DNA from: Octopus bimaculoides
Taxonomy: Eukaryota
Assembly (NCBI RefSeq): GCF_001194135.2
Contig: NC_068982.1
Location: forward strand, 151,739,633 to 151,803,632
DNA length: 64,000 bases
Direction of reading: 5' to 3'
Shown here: positions 1-12,677 of the stretch, piece by piece
Layout: each line of letters opens with the position of its first letter
Numbering within the stretch: the stretch's first letter is position 1
Notes under the pieces: generated by a model
The model's database searches: none
What the model saw: the letters and a program-made list of their open reading frames with translations, nothing else
What the model was told of the DNA's origin: nothing
Translations under genes and position numbers: made by a program

Positions 1-740
1 CCATAACTAATATTAATAAAAACGAAGCCATCTAAAATAACTAATGACTCCTGAAAGCAGTATTGTTTTTCTATCGTATTTCACTCAAAATTTCAGACAT
101 TGAATTAACAGAAATATAACAAATATCAGTAACCAGCCGAGATTAGCGTTTCTTTTAGGAATGTGTTTATTTGCGAAGTACCAGTTATATGCTGAGGTTT
201 TGAATTAGTTTGTTCTTTTGAATAATACATATACAAATGTTAAATTTGGTTATGAAAGTCCAGCGTGTAATGAATATACCTTGAAACAGAATATAACAAT
301 TGGTTGCGAATAATTCCACCGAAACCTTCCATAAATAAAGATAGTAAGTTAATTTTAATGAAAATAGTAATTTAATACGAGAGAGAAATGGAGTGAGTGG
401 AATACCATTATTGAGTAAAGCAATTTCGGTTGATATGTAGTTTGACTTTAGAGAATAACGATCGATTTTTCAGTTGCATGATCGATCAAATTCATATAAA
501 AATATGTCAACAAATACCCCTGGGGTGTTCCCAACAAATAAATCATCACTAATATTGACTAACAAATTAAGGCAATCTATCTTCCCATATTGCACGATGA
601 ATATTACAAAATATTTTAAGGCATTCTTCCTCGAAGAGATATAACAGCGAGATTATCTAAAATGCAATATTAGAAAACACCGTATCAACCAATGAAAAGT
701 ATACAAATGATATGCAACAGCACACACAAACAGATCTGCA

Positions 741-773
741 AACATACACACATGCACACACACACACGCACAC

Positions 774-851
<78 letters not shown>
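741..851. repeat. (CA)n microsatellite
   Basis: Directly visible CA array; it produces the HT/CV ORFs at 653-951. Confidence 0.95.
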
Positions 852-861
<10 letters not shown>

Positions 862-1574
862 GTTTGTGTGTGTTACATATTAAACAATGACCAAATGAAT
901 ATAGTCTACATAAACAACTATTTCTCATTTAGCATTGTAATGATCTTGTAGCTTCAAGTGAGTAACATAACAAATTAGGAAAATTTAGCATTAGATTTCA
1001 TCAGTTTCGGTGAAGATAGAACCACACTTGTTTTCTCAGTGAGATTGTTCATACAATACTCAATATCTATTAAAAATCATAATATGGTATAACAGAAATT
1101 TGTCAGTTAAAAAAAAAGTAGCTTAGCATATTGGTTATTATAAAGATGTAGTCATAATTAAGTATCTTAGAATATAGAAATGTATGTTCATAGCTGCTTG
1201 GTTATATCAATGGAAATAATTTAATAAGTTTTGAATTATACAAAAAAAAACTGACTTCTTTATTAAAATATTCCTGAGGAAATGTAAGCATATGTGGAAC
1301 ATTATTATTATGAGTAAAATAGTACAAAAAAATTAAGAGTTAGAATGAAAAAAACATCTATATTTGATATATTAATCATAACTGAATGACAGGCAGCCAA
1401 GTTGATCTATTGTTCCTAAATCAGATAAATGCTTAACTATTTAGATCATATCACGAGCATTGTACTGATTTCATAAGCAATGAGCTGAATATCCACACTC
1501 AGTAACTTATCTGTAAGTATACATGTTCTATATATGGCCAAGTCGTTCTTAGCGCGACTGGTAACATGTAATCC

Positions 1575-1576
<2 letters not shown>

Positions 1577-1613
<37 letters not shown>

Positions 1614-1651
1614 ATACACACATACACACACACACATACACACACACACAC

Positions 1652-1703
<52 letters not shown>
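1577..1703. repeat. (CA)n microsatellite between two copies of a ~50-bp direct repeat
   Basis: CA array flanked by similar units at ~1530-1580 and ~1710-1760. Confidence 0.9.
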
Positions 1704-1715
<12 letters not shown>

Positions 1716-1900
1716 GGTCAGATCGCTCTTGAGTGCTACTGGTAACATGTAACCCAGTACAGCCTGTCACATGGTCGGTTCGTGGGAGACTAAACTGGCA
1801 ACCCCATCAAGCTTGCTTGGTGAGAAGATTTGAACACCCTGCAGGACAAAAAATAAGACCCGTCAAAAGCCGGAAGAACTACTGAGTAGTCAACGGCAAA

Positions 1901-1964
1901 CTCAACAAGTACCTTGTTGCGGTGAAGTGCCTGTGTGCTCCATTAACACGGCGAACTATGCTAG
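1901..1964 (+). ncRNA. Candidate degenerate HDV-like ribozyme core in the RTE 5' UTR
   Basis: ACC-TTGTTGC-GGT (P3/L3), GTGT-9nt-ACAC (P4), then GGCGAA (J4/2-like). P1 and P2 are imperfect. Confidence 0.3.
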
Positions 1965-3249
1965 AGGGAGAAAAACATTCAGGCAGGTCTTACCAGGCCG
2001 GACAGGTCGAAGGATATGAGACAGACAAAACCATAACCATTAAAGGTTAAACCCCAATGACAATAAATCGAAGTGTCGGCAGCAGGGTGTAGATTTAATT
2101 ATCGGCAGGATCTAACAGATTCGTAGTTTTGAACTAACAGGATGTCATGCAGAGGATCTTGAATACAAGACAATGGATGAAATCCTAATATTCCTAGTTA
2201 GATGGGAACTGCGGGACCACATAGAGCATCGCCCTGTGACTCCTATAGTATGCACAACTGAAACCCCTATGAATCCCCGTGTTAATAGTATCAGGGTTAG
2301 AGCCCGTGACTCAGGCATTCCGGATGCTCAAGCAAGTTGTATAAAGGCTGATGAAGGTACTTCTTTAAATCCACCTGGAATAGAAGTATCTGATGGCGAG
2401 AACAGAGGAATCATACTTATGAATAGCAAAAATTACCTGCAAATTGGAACACTCAATTTAAGAAGACTGAGGAAAAAAGAGAAAAGTCCGGAGGTGGCTA
2501 ACAACTAAACACTCTTGGAGTGTTGAAAGAAAACTAAATACCCTTGGAGTTGTTGAACACAAGATAGTGCATGAAGAAGACCCTACTCTTATTGAACGAC
2601 TTGAAGGCTGCACACTAATAACAAGTGCATAGAGAAGTACTAATGGTGCTGCAGCAGGAGGGGTAGGATTAGTAATCAATGGTTTGACAGAGAAAGCATT
2701 GGCCGAAGTAATACCAGTGAATGACAGAATAGACACAGCAACGTTCAATGGAAGCCCATACACCACAGTAGTTATTAACTATGCATGCACCCACAGTGGG
2801 AAGCAAGGATGCAGAGGTGCACTACTAAACACTGATAAATGTCATCAATGAAATACCAAAACACCATGTTACCATTGAATGCGGTGATTTTAATGCTCAT
2901 TTGGGTAGGATGCAGTCCGCTATACATTCCATAGGGAGACCAACAAGAATGGCCAGTTTCTGGATCATGTAGCGAAATGTAATCTTCGCTTCACTAGCAC
3001 TCTGTTCAAGAAAAAGAAAGGAAAACAATGGACATTTATCTCCGACATGAATAGTAGCAAGTCCCAAATATTAATTGATTACATACTGATTAATAAGAAA
3101 TAGAAGAATTCTGTACACAATACAGAAGCATATAACAGCTTTAGCAGTTTAGGGAGTGATCATCGCTTAGTGACAGCTAGACTACGTCTTAGTCTACATA
3201 CAAGCAAAACTCCTGTAATATATTTGTCTCTATTGTGAAATACAGAATT

Positions 3250-3381
3250 TAATTTATCGACCCCGAAAGGATGAAAGGCAAAGTCGACCTCGGCGGAATT
3301 TGAACTCAGAACGTAAAGACAGACGAAATACCGCTAAGAATTTCGCGCCCGGCGTGCTAACGTTTCTGCCAGCTCGCCGCC
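3250..3381 (-). mobile_element. tRNA-derived SINE (family B) inside the RTE
   Basis: The reverse complement starts GGCGGCGAGCTGGCAGAAACGTTAG (A-box-like) and contains GAGTTCAAATTC (B-box-like). The body GTCGACTTTGCCTTTCATCCTTTCGGGGTCGATAAA recurs many times in the window. Confidence 0.85.
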
Positions 3382-4504
3382 AGCATTACTAACAGGGAGG
3401 ACAGATCAGGCGCAGAAGGTGCTGAGCAGATTAGAGCAGGAATCGGGGAAGGTAGGATTGTACTGTAACGCAAATAAAACAGAGCTGCAAGTATTCAACC
3501 ACGAAATGCCTGTGTTAGTGATTGTGAGAGACCGTAAGTCGCTGAAGGTTGTTGAAAATTTCAAATACCTTGGTGCGTGGACTCAAAGTAGCAAGGAAAG
3601 CTCTTGCCTGGAGAGCATACCATAGACTGTGAAAGGCATGGAGTTCAAAGTTAGCAAAGAAATTGAAAGTGAGGTTGTTTCTGGCAATAGTGGAGTCTGT
3701 CTTTCTATACGGTTGCTGCAACACGAACGCTCATTAAATAATTCAAGAAGCAGTTGGACGGTTGTTATACCAGGATGCTTAGAATGGCACTCAATGTCTC
3801 CTGGAAGAGCCATACAACAAACGCCGACTTATACCAGGGACTACCAAAAGTAACATTGAAGATACAGCATACAAAGATGAGGCTAGCTGGACACTGCATC
3901 AGACACACCGATGAAATTGTTACGTTAGTGCTCTGGCAACCAACGAAAGCAAGAACCAGGAGAGGAAGGAAGAAGACGACCTATATCGACAACTTGCTGG
4001 AGGATACTGGTATGGAAGACGTACAGGAGCTGAGGACCATTATAGAAGATCGAGATGAATGGGGAAAACGTGTGAAAATAACCTTGGGGCGTCCTATGGG
4101 ACGACCTAGATAGATAGAAAGATATATATGAATGTGAATCGCTGTATGTTCACCTTGCTTTCGGAAACTTAAAAAGGAAACCCTCCACAACCTCATTGAA
4201 AAACTTTGAATACAACTTATTTTGGCAAAAAGCGGGCAGATCTACCTCGAACTACAATATACTCTTAGTAAAAACAAAAACAAAAAAGCGATGTAGAAAG
4301 ACAGTAATATGAAATGACATAACGTTGTCACTTTTTCATTCATTCTTCTCCCATCGCTCTGTCTGTCAGGAAAACTGGAATACAAAGTGAAGTAAAATAG
4401 ACGCTTCAGTTTATTTCTGGCTTCTATCTCGTATTAACCTTTCAAACTTTGTTTTCTCTATTGCCCTGTCTCTTTCTCTCTTTCTTTGCTCTCTCTTTCT
4501 CTTT

Positions 4505-4552
<48 letters not shown>

Positions 4553-7221
4553 ACATTGGAAAAGATAGAGAGAGACAGCAAGAAACGCATACACAAGTAA
4601 AGAAACATAGAGAAAAGAGGAAAGATGATGGTAGTGGTGATAGTTTGAAACTGGGTGAACACAGACCACTGTCATTATCTGTTGCAGCTTCCCTTTGTAT
4701 TACATGAGCGCAAATCCCCACCTCATTACTTTGGTCTCTAAATTTCTAACGGTGTGTGTTTAGAAAATTCCAAGAGCGCCACTTATCCATCCATCAACAT
4801 ATTTCGATGGATGTATAAATAGATATGGTTCACAGAAACAAAGGCACACCTTGTTGCAAATAACTTCATGAGTGAATTTCCAAGAAAATTCAAACCCCAC
4901 TCTTTCTGTAGTGTTTCTTCAGTACAACACGTATCTTCATTCTGCACATAAGTATCCATGTATATAATGTAATCTCTGCGTTAATACTCGGGTATTACCA
5001 TGTACTTCTTGCTTGTCTCCTACAAATATGAGTCATTGTGTCTGCAAAAAATAATCAATAAATACAATAGATCAAAATAAAGTTGTGTAAGTTGCCATAT
5101 AACATTTTACCGACTAATGTTATTGATTGTGCAATAAAGGGCATAAATATTCTGCAATACCCCTGATTACAAACGCTAAAGGTGAAAAATTAGAAGAGAA
5201 GTACCATTGATAAGTTTGAAAAGAAGATTTTATGTAGTTCGGTATATGAAACATGATGCGATTTCTATGTAACCTCGAGGCAACGTTTTCAACCTCGAAA
5301 GAGGTTAGTTAGTCTTCATTCTAAAATATAACATTGATCACTGCTTTCTGCATTCTCTTTGAAGAAATGAAAAGAGAAAAAGACATTTTAATGAGGAGAC
5401 ATTAGATGCGGGACATACGAAGATATAGCATTTTCACCGTTTCAGATGAAATAACTTTATTTAAATTGAAGAAGTAGAAATCAAACGACATCTCTACAAG
5501 AATATTGTAGAGTGACATGAGAGATTGTCCAAAAAATGTCAAAATATATTTTAATCAAATGAAAACTTAATGTTTCTATTGTAAATTCATTAATTTAATT
5601 AAAGTTTCAGATGAAACTAAAATTAAGAATTACTTATTAGAAATTTTGAATATTACTTGCATTCAAATTGCAGAACCTAAATATCCTTAAAAATTTAGGT
5701 TGACACCTTCTTTAATTTAATTAGGGTTTTTCCTCACTTACCTGATGTACATATATTTCATAACAAAAGTGAATAACTAATCATCATGTCTTATTTTACA
5801 TTTTCTGTCTTATATACCCCATCTCCTCCACTAATAGCAATTGAATCAAAGATAATTGTTTAAGACAGATCACACTTTAAAAATCAACAGGAATGAAACT
5901 ATTGTAAATATCGACTTTTATAGATCGACGAGAAAAGAGAATAGACGAGCAAATCACTTTCTGTTAGCAATTAGTTCAATGCTCGTATTTCGTCTTTTGT
6001 CTAATGAAGACGAAGGTCAGTACAATTCTTTCGTTTCTGACGAACAAAATTAAAATTACAGCAATGACATGATGAAACAGAAAATCTTTGAAATACAGAT
6101 TGTTGGTTAGTATAATTTGCTTTAGCTTTATTCACACTACGGACTAATAATGCTTGGCTGTTCCCATTATTTAATGAATCTTCTAAGATTTACTCATGAA
6201 CAGACTTACTGGAATTTATTCATTCTTGATAATGGCTTTGATTACATTTCTTTTATTTGTCTTAGGTTTCATGCTCAATAACCAATTCCTTACTTGCAGT
6301 CCGTTATCTCAAAGTTGGAAAACTTATATAGCAACGTTTATTAAGAAAAAAAAAAGCAACTTTAAAATACCTCTTCTTGAGTTCTGATAATTCCTATTGC
6401 AAAATATTTCCGTCAGATTACAAAAACATAAGATATTTATTTTACGTCAGTTTATCGAATTAAATACATACAGGAAAAGGAAATTAGTGTAAAAACAAAA
6501 GATAATTTCCACTTTTCAGTGAAAATTTGAATGTTTGGATTTACGTCCAAGACGTAAATCCATTGTTACATCAGTTTGTCATCCGCTTGATTGTTATTTA
6601 AAGATTATTTTCCTATGTGTTCATGCTAACATTTCATAGTTGGTTACTTCTTTGTTCTTCATTTGTTCAACATTTATTCAATCTAATATGTGCATTAAAT
6701 AAAATGCATGCATGCATCAGTGTATTTAAAGAACGCTCTACAAAATATAAGTAAACATGACGTTCTCTAATTTTCACAAAATTGTGTTCAAAAATGAAAG
6801 AAAAAATAAAAATAAAAACCCAAAACTAGTGGTGGCAGATCTCAGTCAGAAACATAAAATTTAACTTATTGTGTCGAAGAAATGGAAATGGTCTCGTTAC
6901 AAAACAGAAAGTACAAAGATTTTCTCTGCTGATAGGTATTTCAACAATCTTTAAAACTATAATCATATATAAAATCATACACTGATGCGGTTCTCGGCGC
7001 AACATAATTGGTTTCAGCTATATTGAGGGATATGTAATGAATATGAAAAGGCGGTACTCTTTAGTATCACACATCTATAAAATTAACGGTGCTTGTTTTC
7101 ACTGAGTAAGATTTCGCAAAGGACACACCCTAATACCTAATGAAGATGACGTGAAAAAGACAAGCACCTCATTATATATGCACACACACACACATACACA
7201 CACACACACATACGCACACAC

Positions 7222-7275
<54 letters not shown>

Positions 7276-7287
7276 GTATCTATCTAT

Positions 7288-7502
7288 ATGGCTGTGTGGT
7301 AAGTAGCTTGCTTACCAACCACATCGTTCTGGGTTCAGTCCCACTGCGTGGCACCTTGGACAAGTGTCTTCTACTAAAGCCTCGGGCCGACCAAAGCCTT
7401 GTGAGTGGATTTGGTAGACGGAAACTGAAAGAAGCCTGTCGTGTATATATATATATATATATNNNNNNNNNNNNNNNNNNNNNNNNNNNNNNNNNNNNNN
7501 NN

Positions 7503-7556
<54 letters not shown>

Positions 7557-7690
7557 GTGTGTGTGTATGTTTGTATGTCTGTGTCCCCCCAACATCGCTT
7601 GACAACCGATGGTTGTAGCTTAGCGGTTCGGCAAAAGAGACCGATAAAATAAGTACTAGGCATCCAACGAATAAGTACTAGGGTCGATAT
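7288..7690 (+). mobile_element. tRNA-derived SINE (family A) with an internal (TA)n-(TG)n array
   Basis: Head GGCTGTGTGGTAAGTAGCTTGC...GGGTTCAGTCCC has A/B-box-like motifs. The tail CGCTTGACAACCGATG...GGCAAAAGAGACCGATA recurs at ~8100, 29590, 43320 and 49720. Confidence 0.85.
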
Positions 7691-7964
7691 ATACACACAC
7701 ATACAGAAAGAGAAAAGATGAAAAAACACAGAAGATTTGGTTTACACGATTAAAAGACATATCTTTGTTTTTTCATCATTTCTCTTTCTGTATATGTCCA
7801 AACGACGTGTGTTCCCCCTCTAAAATATCTTCTACCTTATATGTATAATTTAATGTACACAGTATAAAGATACGAGCTACTAATAGTCTCCTGCTGTGGA
7901 AAAACGAGTTTAGGCGTCTAAGCAGGTTTTTAAAATACACTTTGTATCTCCAACCAATCTTCTG

Positions 7965-8271
7965 GCTCAGCTATATGCTAAGAAGTTTGCTTCCTAACTG
8001 CATCATGGTTCCTGGTTCAGTCCCACTAGGTGGCAACCTTGGGCAAATAACTTCTAAACGCCCGTCGTATATTTATATATATGTGTGTGTGTGTTCCTGG
8101 TGTCTGTGTATCCGTTTGTGTGTTTGTGTCCCTTCACTGCTTGACAACTGGTGTTGGTGCATTTACGTCTCTGTATCTTAGCGGTTGGGCAAAAGTAACT
8201 AATACAATAAGAACATGGCTTAAAAAGTACTTGGGTCGATTTATTCTACTAAAAATTCTTCAAGGCGGTGC
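7965..8271 (+). mobile_element. Diverged family A SINE copy
   Basis: Colinear with 7288-7690 (GGTTCAGTCCCACTAGGTGGCAACCTTGGGCAA, TA/TG array, CTTGACAACTGGTGTTGG). Confidence 0.8.
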
Positions 8272-8560
8272 ATGAAAGTTGTCCGATCCTTTGTTGCGAA
8301 AATTCGAAAGAAACTGGAAATTGCTGATGAAGATCCAACATCAGCAGCTAATCGCAAATCGCATGAACAGTGCCCTAATACCATCAGAAAGCATACCATT
8401 ATACAAACGGTCCAATAACCTCGGAAAGTCAATCAGTGTCATTGGGTCATTGCAAAGTACGTAAAGGAAAATTTAAGAGGTGAAGGAATAAGTCACCATG
8501 GCTAGGTCCAAACTTAGTGAAATGTCTTACCGAGAACATTAAAAAGTAAAGTTGATGCCA
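8272..8560 (+). mobile_element. Fragment of a maT-like (Tc1/mariner) transposase N-terminus
   Basis: Translates MKVVRSFVAKIRKKLEIADEDPTSAANRKSHEQCPNTIRK...KSISVI, colinear by eye with the N-terminus at 63133-62850 (LGVNLRT..IQKEL..SNGD....ARKTHSDRSDQKRTPE...KSIRSI). Confidence 0.6.
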
Positions 8561-9790
8561 GTAAACTTTGAAGACATGGGTTGCTTAACTTTTAAGGATC
8601 GCTTAGCGTAACAGTTCAGAGTGTTCAGCTGGAATTTCAGAGGCACAGGGTTCGAATCTATATAGTGGTTGTGCCAATATAACTATAATTATATACTATG
8701 AGTGTACGTTTAAATCTGCTAAGATAAGTATACCTAAGATACGCACTTGAACAGACATCATGTAGCTGTCGCCAAATTTGATCGGAGGAAACAATAAAAC
8801 TGTCTGTTAGAAAATGACCACATCTTTTGATAGACGTTTTGATAATTTTGTTTGTCCTTTCGGCTGCTTCCTATTCTGTTATTTTTTTCCGAACATCTAT
8901 ATTAGCGTCCTTCACAAGGAGATCGGTTACATGTACGAGCTTTCTCCACCTTGGTGATTACATTTACCTTTTCACTTCAACAATATTACGTTTAACAATT
9001 ATACATTTCTGACGATTTGACAGTAAGTGTTGATTAGGAAATGTACACAATATAACAAATGATTACCTTATGTTAATAAAACGTATTTAAGCTGATATAA
9101 TTGAATAACTTATAAATAATCTCTCATGTTTTCTTTTCTAAACAACACTTGTGCCCGGATTTAATAACAAAGGGTATTACAATACACGAACGGTAATACT
9201 CATGGAGTTCTTAATATAAGTCATTTGTCAATCAGTTTAAAGATTAAATTGCACTGTACGAAGATGTGTATGTGTGTGTCTGTTTGCGCGCGCGCGTATG
9301 TATGTGCTTGTTCGAAACTGCTGATTCACTTCATTTTGGTACTCTGAGTTTCTTGCCTTGTGTATTATCTTCTTGATCAGTACAGATACAGCGACATACA
9401 ACTAAAATGCATAAAGTCACATCTAGCTAATTATGTATATTCCTATATAGATTTACAAATACATTTCAGTCACGATTGATAGCAGATAGTATAGTTGCCT
9501 AGCAACGGGATTAGTTATAAAATAATTTCAAGTATGTCTATTTTATTAGAATTTATTGTGGCTCGAAATGATAATAAAAATATATAATATATTCTGAGGT
9601 ATGATTAAAAATATGGAGACAAATACATGACCAAAACGCATGGATGTACACATATACTCTATACAGAGAAATCAGTTATTACTAGATATTGTACACATAA
9701 TATATATAAAATCAAAAGCAAAAGTCTGCACGTGCTTAATGTACACACAGTTACGCTCCAGAAGAAAAAATGCAACAAAATCATTATTGC

Positions 9791-9794
<4 letters not shown>

Positions 9795-9864
<70 letters not shown>
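9795..9864. repeat. (AAT)n microsatellite
   Basis: About 23 pure units. Confidence 0.95.
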
Positions 9865-9865
<1 letters not shown>

Positions 9866-10192
9866 GAGGTAGGATCGGGCGGGACGTAACTCCGGAGTAA
9901 TACACAAATGCGAAGGGAACTGGCCCAACTTATGGGTAGTAAGGGCTCTGCAGTCTTGGCTGTCAATCTTACTAGAGATGGTGTCACGTTAAAAATACCG
10001 GTTGGTGGCTAACCTTAAAACACACACCTCAAACATATGTATATATAGAATTCAATTGTTACTAATTGTGACTGAGGATGCGGAGTAACAGACATATGGC
10101 TAGAAATAAGAATTAAAAACCCATTAGAGTCGCAAGAAAGTAACATATGTGTTACCCGGCACCGTCAGTAACAGTTAGTGACAATTAAATTT

Positions 10193-10243
<51 letters not shown>

Positions 10244-10255
10244 GAGATAGATAGA

Positions 10256-10287
<32 letters not shown>

Positions 10288-11373
10288 ACATGAAAAAGAA
10301 GATGCATTATCATTGACTTAATTATCTTACACGTGTTTCGAATTGCTTAGAAGGACGCAAGTGCTGCACATTGCTGCTTCATATTCAGTCAATCCTTCAG
10401 TTGATTGATTAAATTTCCAGAGAAGCAGAGCATGTAGCTGCCAAGCTATTCTATTCAGAGCCGGAATGCTTCTGCTAAATTTTGTATATATTATTGTTAT
10501 TCGTTTCTTGCGACATGTATAAGTTATTAATAAGAGGTGGAGGACTTTCATTAACAGAAAACACAATGGATCTTTCTAAGACTATAAAAGAAAATCAGTA
10601 TCAATACAAAATATGGTACATTTTATTTATTTTATGTAATGTGATATAACTTAATATACATTCCTCCAACAGTCATGTTATTCTTATTAGATACCGATTT
10701 TCATTAATTTCTTTAGTAAAATTCATTCAGTCTTCTACTATAAATTGCCCTTAACGGCATCACAGACTGCATTAAAATTCTCTAGTGATGAAATGCATAA
10801 AACGTCTAGTTGCCATTAAACTAAGGACATCTGAGTAAGAAACCTCCCTTTGCCTTTGACAAGGATGCCGGTCAATAAAAAAGAGACAGGGTCTAAAATT
10901 AATTACATGGAAACCGCTTCTACATTATCTCAATGTAAACAAAATTTAACGTAAAAGCATTCTGGCTTTGAATAGAATAGCTTGGCAACTACATGCTTTA
11001 CAACTCTGGTCATTTAATCGATCACATGAAAGATCGATTAAATGAGTAGACTGCAATGTGCGGCACTTGTGTTATACTAGGCTATTCGAAACATTTGTAA
11101 GCCAAATAAATAGTTGATAACGTATTTTTATTCTTTTATATTGTATCTAATGTACTCTGTGACTAAAACACCGAATTTAATTGGTGGTCCACTTCCGATT
11201 TACAAGTTATACATGCCGCAAGAAATGAATAATACCATATAGGGAGGTCGTACTTATAAGCGGACTATTTAGTAATTTAGTAGCAAGGCTTTTTCCACAG
11301 AGTGCTTAACGAGGGACTCGCTTGGATTTATTCAATCTTAATTTTCGTTCATCATGTTTATATATACATACAT

Positions 11374-11451
<78 letters not shown>

Positions 11452-11483
11452 ATATATGCACATATATATATTTATATATATGA

Positions 11484-11515
<32 letters not shown>

Positions 11516-12677
11516 ACATATGTGTCTACATATATATGTATTTGTTTCTTTTCTTGATGTTTTCTCTCCATCCCTATGATAGGCCTGAAGAAGACATGAT
11601 ATTAAATGAGTTTCATCCAATAATGGTCAATCCATCAATTTAGAATTTCTCCTCAATGATTGCGTTATACATTGAGTCCTTCTGGTTTGTAGTTATCTCT
11701 AGTTTTGTCTGGCAATGTGTATAGGGGAGTATGTTAGATTAATTGATTTCAGAAAAATAATCTACTATTTTTTTTTCTATTTTAATGTATCATAAATATT
11801 TTCTGTATATTCAACATGCTACTTTTTTTATGGAATTCAGTATAGTTGTTTTTATTACATGTATTTATGATATATTTGCTATTTTCTCATTCTGATTGTC
11901 GTTATTAAATAGATAATTACCAGATGGGTCCAAATTTCTAGCAAAACCTTGTCAGCTTGTGAATAATATCAATATAATACATTTGATTATGGTAATTAAT
12001 TACTTGCAGCTGAATGATATGCATATATAGACACGTATAGACACATACACACACATATACACATATCTGTGAGTATATGAGCGTGTATATGAAAGATGTG
12101 TACATATGCATTAATATATGTATCGATATGATATATATGAATATAACGTTTATGTTGCCAATTTCATAAAATGTGTAGCGAAATAATTATTACATACTTA
12201 ATGTTAAATGTTATACACAATCAGGAAGTTGTTAAAATATGAAATAATAAGATTTCTCTATGAAAGATTAATGAAATACTTTATCTTTCATATATATTTT
12301 CAACTGGCTGAAATAGTTAATGACTTCTCTATGTAAATTTGACACTTGAATCACATTCTCAATGTTATAAATATTGATTGGAATATATTAATCTATTCGT
12401 ACACTCTAACCCTCACACACGCACTTACTCTGGGTATTGGAAGATCCTATAACACACACATAAATATGTAACATATCTATATATCCTGGTAAATCGCACA
12501 CATATACACAAACACAAACACACATACACACACACACGTTAGCATATGTACACATATACAAATGGTGAGCCAGGAATTACCCACATGAATATTTTCTATC
12601 TGCGGAAAAATCACTTGCACGTATATCACTAAAAATGGTCTTCCTATTATCACCACAGGTTTAAGCGCGAGACGTCT

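Larger units (their letters stand above)
1716..4125 (+). mobile_element. Decayed RTE-clade LINE (5' UTR, APE endonuclease, C-terminal RT), internally deleted and interrupted by a SINE
   Basis: Manual translation gives IGTLN (~2443), CGDFNAHLG (~2880), IDYILI (~3073), GSDHRLVTARL (~3152), FKYLGAW (~3560) and MRLAGHCIRH...GRKKTTYIDNLLEDTG (3875-4010). The stop runs into a (TAGA)n tail. Several frameshifts and stops. Confidence 0.9.

Noticed and set aside
4848-4945. Possible 92-nt minus-strand exon (NEDTCCTEETLQKEW...)
   Set aside because: Too short to assign, and the splice signals are weak.
5271-5306. AACCTC-GAAA-GAGGTT tetraloop hairpin
   Set aside because: A 6-bp stem with no supporting context.
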